Source: Wenzhouxiangella sp.
Lineage (GTDB): Bacteria > Pseudomonadota > Gammaproteobacteria > Xanthomonadales > Wenzhouxiangellaceae
NCBI GenBank assembly: GCA_007118895.1
Contig: SKQS01000016.1
Location: 8,538 to 72,537 of the forward strand
Reading direction: 5' to 3'
DNA: 64,000 bases
Part shown: positions 59,605-64,000 of the stretch, in pieces
Position numbering within the stretch: the first letter of the stretch is position 1
Layout: every line of letters begins with the position of its first letter
Made by a program: the position numbers and the translations under genes
Notes under the pieces: generated by a model
The model's database searches: none
Seen by the model: the letters and a program-made list of their open reading frames with translations, nothing else
Told to the model about the DNA's origin: nothing

Positions 59605-60064
59605 GAAACGACTGGTCCTGGTAGGGCTGCTGGTCATCGGCATCGGCGCCGCCGCCGCCGTGGCCATCACTGCCCTGCAAAGCAACATGTTCTTTTTCAT
59701 TACTCCGACCGATGTGCATGCCCAGACCATGCCGCCGGATCGGCAGTTCAGGCTGGGTGGTCTGGTCATGGCCGGCACCGTCGAGCGCGACCCGCACAGC
59801 CTGGCAGTCAGCTTCACCGTCACCGACGGCGCCTACGAACTGCCGGTGACCTTCAACGGCATCCTGCCCGACCTGTTCCGCGAGGGCCAGGGCGTGATTG
59901 CTCACGGGCGCCTTGGCGAAGACGGGCAGTTCCACGCCCACGAAGTGTTGGCTCGACATGACGAGACCTACATGCCCGCCGAGCTGGCACGCGCCCTGGA
60001 ACGCACTGGCCACCCGATGGAGGCCAATATCCAGCCTGGCCCGACAGCCCGCCAGCGCGATTGA
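59588..60064 (+). CDS. ccmE: Cytochrome c-type biogenesis haem chaperone CcmE
   Basis: 158 aa with an N-terminal anchor, FFITP, RLGGLV, and the haem-binding region HEVLARHDETYMP. Confidence 0.95.
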   Translation: MTPTRKKRLVLVGLLVIGIGAAAAVAITALQSNMFFFITPTDVHAQTMPPDRQFRLGGLVMAGTVERDPHSLAVSFTVTDGAYELPVTFNGILPDLFREGQGVIAHGRLGEDGQFHAHEVLARHDETYMPAELARALERTGHPMEANIQPGPTARQRD

Positions 60065-60098
60065 GTACCCCTGATCAACTGAAAGCAAAAGGATTGAG

Positions 60099-62066
60099 AT
60101 GATTGCCGAGCTCGGACAAATTGCGCTGATTCTGGCCCTGGCAATGGCCGTGCTGCTGGCCACAGTGCCGCTGGTCGGCGCCTGGCGTGGAGACGAGCGG
60201 TTGATGCGGCTGGCGCCGTCGCTGGTGGCCGGACACTTCGTGTTTGCCCTGGCGGCCTGGCTGGCGCTGGTTGCCGCGTTTCTCAACCATGACTTCAGCG
60301 TCATCAACGTGGCGCTGAACTCCAACCTGCTGCTGCCCTGGTACTATCGGATCTCGGCCAGCTGGGGTAGCCACGAGGGATCGCTGCTGTTGTGGATCCT
60401 GATGCTGGCAGGCTGGATGCTGGCCGTGGTGGTTTTCTCACGCAGCCTGCCGAAACCTTTCCTGACCCGGGTGCTGTCGGTCATGGGCATGGTCTCGATC
60501 GGCTTTCTGCTGTTTACCCTGCTGACCTCCAACCCGTTCGACCGGGTGCTGCCCGGCCCGCCAGACGGCCAGGATCTCAATCCCCTGCTGCAGGATCCGG
60601 GGATGATCTTTCATCCGCCGCTGCTGTACATGGGTTATGTCGGTTTTGCCGTTGCTTTCGGTTTCGCCATTGCCGGTCTGCTCGGCGGTCGCGTGGAGCG
60701 CGACTGGGTGCGCTGGTCGCGCCCGTGGACGCTTTCGGCCTGGGCCTTCCTCACCGCCGGCATCACGCTGGGCTCCTGGTGGGCCTACTACGAACTGGGC
60801 TGGGGCGGCTGGTGGTTCTGGGATCCGGTCGAGAACGCTTCTTTCATCCCCTGGCTGATCGGCACCGCCCTGATTCACTCCCAGGCGGTGACCGAGAAAC
60901 GCGGCGCTTTCGCCGCCTGGACCATCCTGTTGTCGATCGCCGCCTTCTCGATGTCGCTGCTGGGCACCTTCCTGGTTCGCTCCGGGGTGCTGACTTCGGT
61001 CCATGCCTTTGCCCACGATCCGGACCGTGGGCTGTTCATCCTCGCCTTCATGGGTATTGTTACCGGCGGCGCGCTGCTGCTGTATGCCCTGCGCGCCCCG
61101 CGCATTGCCACCGGCGAAGGTTTCGACTGGCTCAGCCGCGAGTCCCTGCTGCTGCTCAACAACGTGTTCTTCGCCGTCTCGGCGGCCATGGTGCTGCTCG
61201 GTACCCTGTACCCGCTGATCGTCGACTTCATGGGCTGGGGCCAGATATCGGTCGGTCCTCCCTACTTCGGCGCCATGTTCATTCTGCTGATGACGCCCAT
61301 CGTGCTGCTGATGCCGCTGGGCCCGTATACCCGCTGGCGCCAGGACAAGCCGCAACGTGTTCTGCACCCGCTGATAAAGGCGGCGATATTCGCCATCGTC
61401 GGTGGCATCGTGATCAGCCTGCTACTGGGTGCCTGGAACATGCGCGCGGTTACCGGCTGGATCGGCGGGCTGTGGCTGGCCGCCGGCGCCCTGGGCTGGC
61501 TGTGGGGGCAGAAGCAGTCGATCCGCGGCCGCCTGCCGCGCCACCAGATCGGCATGGCGCTGGCGCACGCTGGCGCCGGGGTGTTCGTGATTGGAGTGGC
61601 CATGGTCGAGTCGACCACCCTGGAGCGCGACGTGCGCGTTGCGCCGGGCGAAACCGTGACCGTGGCCGGTCTGAACTTCCATCTCGAAGAGGTGGCTTCA
61701 GTCAAGGGTCCCAACTGGATCGCCGATGAGGCGCGGTTCAGCGTGCAGCGCGATGATCGGGAAATAACCCGCATGCACCCGCAAAAGCGCCGCTACCACC
61801 GCGGCGGCCAGGTCATGACCCAGGTCGCCCTGCGCCCGGGCCCGCTGCGCGACCTTTACGTCGCAATGGGCGAGCCGCTCGGCGACGACGGAGCGTGGAG
61901 CATACGCATTCACATCAAACCGTTCATCCGCTGGATCTGGGCCGGGGCGCTGTTGATGACGCTCGGCGGCCTGCTGTCTGCGACCGACCGGCGCTACTGG
62001 CGAACCCAGCGTGCCCAAGCCGGCCGACCCGAGCGATCACCCATCGGTCAGGAGGCGCTGGCATGA
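60099..62066 (+). CDS. ccmF: Cytochrome c haem lyase subunit CcmF
   Basis: 655 aa and polytopic, with the WWAYYELGWGGWWFWDPVENAS tryptophan-rich motif. Confidence 0.96.
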   Translation: MIAELGQIALILALAMAVLLATVPLVGAWRGDERLMRLAPSLVAGHFVFALAAWLALVAAFLNHDFSVINVALNSNLLLPWYYRISASWGSHEGSLLLWILMLAGWMLAVVVFSRSLPKPFLTRVLSVMGMVSIGFLLFTLLTSNPFDRVLPGPPDGQDLNPLLQDPGMIFHPPLLYMGYVGFAVAFGFAIAGLLGGRVERDWVRWSRPWTLSAWAFLTAGITLGSWWAYYELGWGGWWFWDPVENASFIPWLIGTALIHSQAVTEKRGAFAAWTILLSIAAFSMSLLGTFLVRSGVLTSVHAFAHDPDRGLFILAFMGIVTGGALLLYALRAPRIATGEGFDWLSRESLLLLNNVFFAVSAAMVLLGTLYPLIVDFMGWGQISVGPPYFGAMFILLMTPIVLLMPLGPYTRWRQDKPQRVLHPLIKAAIFAIVGGIVISLLLGAWNMRAVTGWIGGLWLAAGALGWLWGQKQSIRGRLPRHQIGMALAHAGAGVFVIGVAMVESTTLERDVRVAPGETVTVAGLNFHLEEVASVKGPNWIADEARFSVQRDDREITRMHPQKRRYHRGGQVMTQVALRPGPLRDLYVAMGEPLGDDGAWSIRIHIKPFIRWIWAGALLMTLGGLLSATDRRYWRTQRAQAGRPERSPIGQEALA

Positions 62067-62602
62067 TTCGCATGCTGATCCCGCTGGGCGTATTTGTCGG
62101 CCTGGTGGCGCTGCTGATCGTTGGGCTGCAGACCGCCGAGCAACGAAAAATCGTCGCCTCGCCACTGATCGGCAAGCCGGTGCCGGACATACGCCTGCCC
62201 GGCCTGCACGATCCGGACATGGTGCGCGGCGTGGCCGAGCTGCGCGGTCAGCCTTTCATTCTCAACGTCTGGGGTAGCTGGTGCTGGGCCTGCCGGGTCG
62301 AACATCCCTTTATCGAACGGCTTGGGCGTGAGGCCGGCGTTCCGTTGGTCGGCTTCAACTGGAAAGATGAACGTGCCGACGCCCTGGCCTGGCTGAACCG
62401 CTATGGTGATGCATGGAGCTTCCACCTGGTCGACTTCGAGGGTCGGGCAGCCATCGATCTCGGGGTCTATGGTGCGCCGGAAACCTTCCTGGTAGACCAC
62501 CAGGGGGTTGTTCGCCACAAGCATGTCGGCCCGATCGACGCACCCGTATTTGACGACCTGATGCGCCGTGTCCTGGCGCTGCGCATGGAGGCCGAGTCAT
62601 GA
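62063..62602 (+). CDS. ccmG: Periplasmic thiol:disulfide oxidoreductase CcmG/DsbE
   Basis: ATG 62063 (ATGA overlap with ccmF) gives a 179-aa anchored thioredoxin fold with WGSWCWACRVEHP and GVYGAPETFLVD. Confidence 0.93.
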   Translation: MIRMLIPLGVFVGLVALLIVGLQTAEQRKIVASPLIGKPVPDIRLPGLHDPDMVRGVAELRGQPFILNVWGSWCWACRVEHPFIERLGREAGVPLVGFNWKDERADALAWLNRYGDAWSFHLVDFEGRAAIDLGVYGAPETFLVDHQGVVRHKHVGPIDAPVFDDLMRRVLALRMEAES

Positions 62603-63045
62603 ATTTTGATCGATCCACGAAACAGGACGCCGGTAGCCGCATAGTTTCGCTGGGCTTTTTGGCCCTGCTGTGGCTGGTGCCGGGCCTGCTGCTGGCATCA
62701 GCGATCGAGCCGATGCCGTTTCGCAGCGAAGTCGAGGAGCGCCGCTTCCGCGCCCTGGCCGAGGAAATCCGCTGCACGGTATGCCAGAACCAGTCGCTGG
62801 CCGACTCTGACGCGCCACTGGCCCAGGACCTGAGACGCGAGTTGTTCTTCCTGATCCAGGACGGCCGTTCGGACATGGAAATTCGTGAGTTCATGGTCTC
62901 GCGTTACGGCGAGTTCGTGCTTTATCGACCGCCGCTGGCCTCGCACACCCTGCTGCTGTGGGTTGGCCCGGTGGTGCTGCTACTGGGCAGCCTGATCGGC
63001 GCCGGGATCGCCGTAAATCGCAGAAGAAAGGCGCTCAAGGCATGA
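62599..63045 (+). CDS. ccmH: Cytochrome c-type biogenesis protein CcmH
   Basis: 148 aa with the motif IRCTVCQNQSLADSDAPLAQDLR (CxxC) and a C-terminal TM helix. Confidence 0.92.
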   Translation: MNFDRSTKQDAGSRIVSLGFLALLWLVPGLLLASAIEPMPFRSEVEERRFRALAEEIRCTVCQNQSLADSDAPLAQDLRRELFFLIQDGRSDMEIREFMVSRYGEFVLYRPPLASHTLLLWVGPVVLLLGSLIGAGIAVNRRRKALKA

Positions 63046-64000
63046 CCCTGTTCTGGATTACCGCCAGCGCCGCTGTGCTGCTGGCACTTGGTTTCGCGCT
63101 GCTTCCGCTGATCGCCGGTGGCGACAGCGCCAGTCGCCAGGCGCGCCGCAAGCTGCGCGCCCTGGATGAGCTTGAAGACCAGCTCGACCCGGAAGACTAT
63201 CGGCAGCGCCGTCAGGCCCTTGCAGCCAGGGTGGCAGATTCTGCAGGCAACGAGAGCACGCCGTGGGCAGTCTGGTTCGCGCTGTTGGTGGCGATCCCGG
63301 CAGCCACGGTGCTGATGTACCGGGTCGTTGGCAGTCCCGAGGGCATCGAGGACGGACAGACCCAGGCCGAGATGATCCGCGCCGGGTTGATCACCGTTGC
63401 CCGCCAGCTGGAGCGCAACCCCGACGACATGGAAAGCTGGATCGTACTGGGCGGGGCCTACAAGGATCTGCAGGAGTACTCCTCGGCGGAACACGCTTTT
63501 CGCCGTGCGCTGTACCTGGATGAAGGCAACCCTTTCATCAAGGTCGAACTGGCCGAAACCCTGCTGTTTGCCTCGGGCAGCCGGCAGCTGCCGGAAAGCT
63601 CCCGTGAGCTGCTGGCGCGCGCTGTCGAACTCGACCCCGAGAATCAGAAGGGGCTCTGGTTGCTGGGAATCGGTGCTTTCCAGCAGGGCGACCATGGCCA
63701 GGCCATCGCCTACTGGGAACGTCTGATGGATATCCTGCCCGAAGGCAGCGTGCGTCAGTCGGTCGGCGAGCAGCTGGCGCGGGCGCGTATGGCTGGCGGC
63801 ATTGATCCGTTTACCGATTTGAACGCCGACGGGCCATTCGTCGACGTTGTCGTGGAACTGGCCGAGGCCCTGGCCGGCCAGGCGCCCCTAGAAACCACGG
63901 TGTATGTCATCGTGCGCGCTGCCGGCGGGCCGTCCGCACCGCTGGCCGTCGAGCGGCTGAACGTGGCCGATTTGCCGACTGCCGTGCGCTTTTCCGACGG
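63042..64000 (+). CDS. ccmI: Cytochrome c-type biogenesis protein CcmI/CycH (TPR protein), 5' partial that runs off the right edge
   Basis: Not in the ORF track because it has no in-window stop. ATG 63042 (ATGA overlap with ccmH) gives MTLFWITASAAVLLALGFALLPLIAGG..., a second TM helix (PWAVWFALLVAIPAATVLMY), then TPR-like repeats (WIVLGGAYKDLQEYSSAEHAFRRALYLD). The frame stays open to the window end. Confidence 0.8.
   Translation, partial: MTLFWITASAAVLLALGFALLPLIAGGDSASRQARRKLRALDELEDQLDPEDYRQRRQALAARVADSAGNESTPWAVWFALLVAIPAATVLMYRVVGSPEGIEDGQTQAEMIRAGLITVARQLERNPDDMESWIVLGGAYKDLQEYSSAEHAFRRALYLDEGNPFIKVELAETLLFASGSRQLPESSRELLARAVELDPENQKGLWLLGIGAFQQGDHGQAIAYWERLMDILPEGSVRQSVGEQLARARMAGGIDPFTDLNADGPFVDVVVELAEALAGQAPLETTVYVIVRAAGGPSAPLAVERLNVADLPTAVRFSD

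Overview
This is a GC-rich (roughly 65% by eye), densely coding chromosomal region that looks like a gammaproteobacterial core genome. I support 54 protein-coding genes. I saw no rRNA, tRNA, CRISPR array, transposase, integrase or phage genes. No intergenic gap exceeds about 180 nt, which leaves little room for unannotated RNA genes. Three genes are absent from the supplied ORF track and were found by hand translation: a large secreted protein running off the left edge (1..2481, minus), ccmD (59434..59604), and ccmI running off the right edge (63042..64000). Left to right, the content is: secreted and hypothetical proteins, TraB, DUF349, mfd, CsiV-like, a PQQ sugar dehydrogenase, tsaE-nnr with divergent queG-murB, then an S9 peptidase. 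Next come a fused E1 alpha/beta TPP enzyme, gcdH, and two monohaem cytochromes c. A roughly 20-kb run of 19 minus-strand genes follows: nfuA, esterase, wbpM-like, wbpL-like, lapB, lapA, ihfB, rpsA, cmk, aroA, pheA, serC, DUF3617, acetoacetyl-CoA synthetase, GNAT, etfA, etfB, ETF-QO and queA. After that come a kynurenine-pathway operon (ACMSD, KynB-like, KynU, KMO, TVP38), a GT39/GT2 pair, a 1375-aa S8 subtilase coupled to gor, DUF3293, and a complete ccmABCDEFGHI operon. Many long ORFs in the track are antisense shadow ORFs typical of high-GC DNA and are rejected. I found no convincing defence island or mobile element, and I cannot point to a clearly new multi-gene system. The items most worth a second look are: (1) the eukaryote-like kynurenine/ACMSD operon with an atypical formamidase candidate and a coupled TVP38 membrane protein; (2) an orphan fused E1 next to gcdH; (3) a 12-bp tandem repeat carrying three in-frame ATGs at the start of the polysaccharide-initiating transferase; (4) the gor-subtilase-GT2-GT39 neighbourhood. 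All family assignments rest on my recognition of motifs in the translations. No database search was run.
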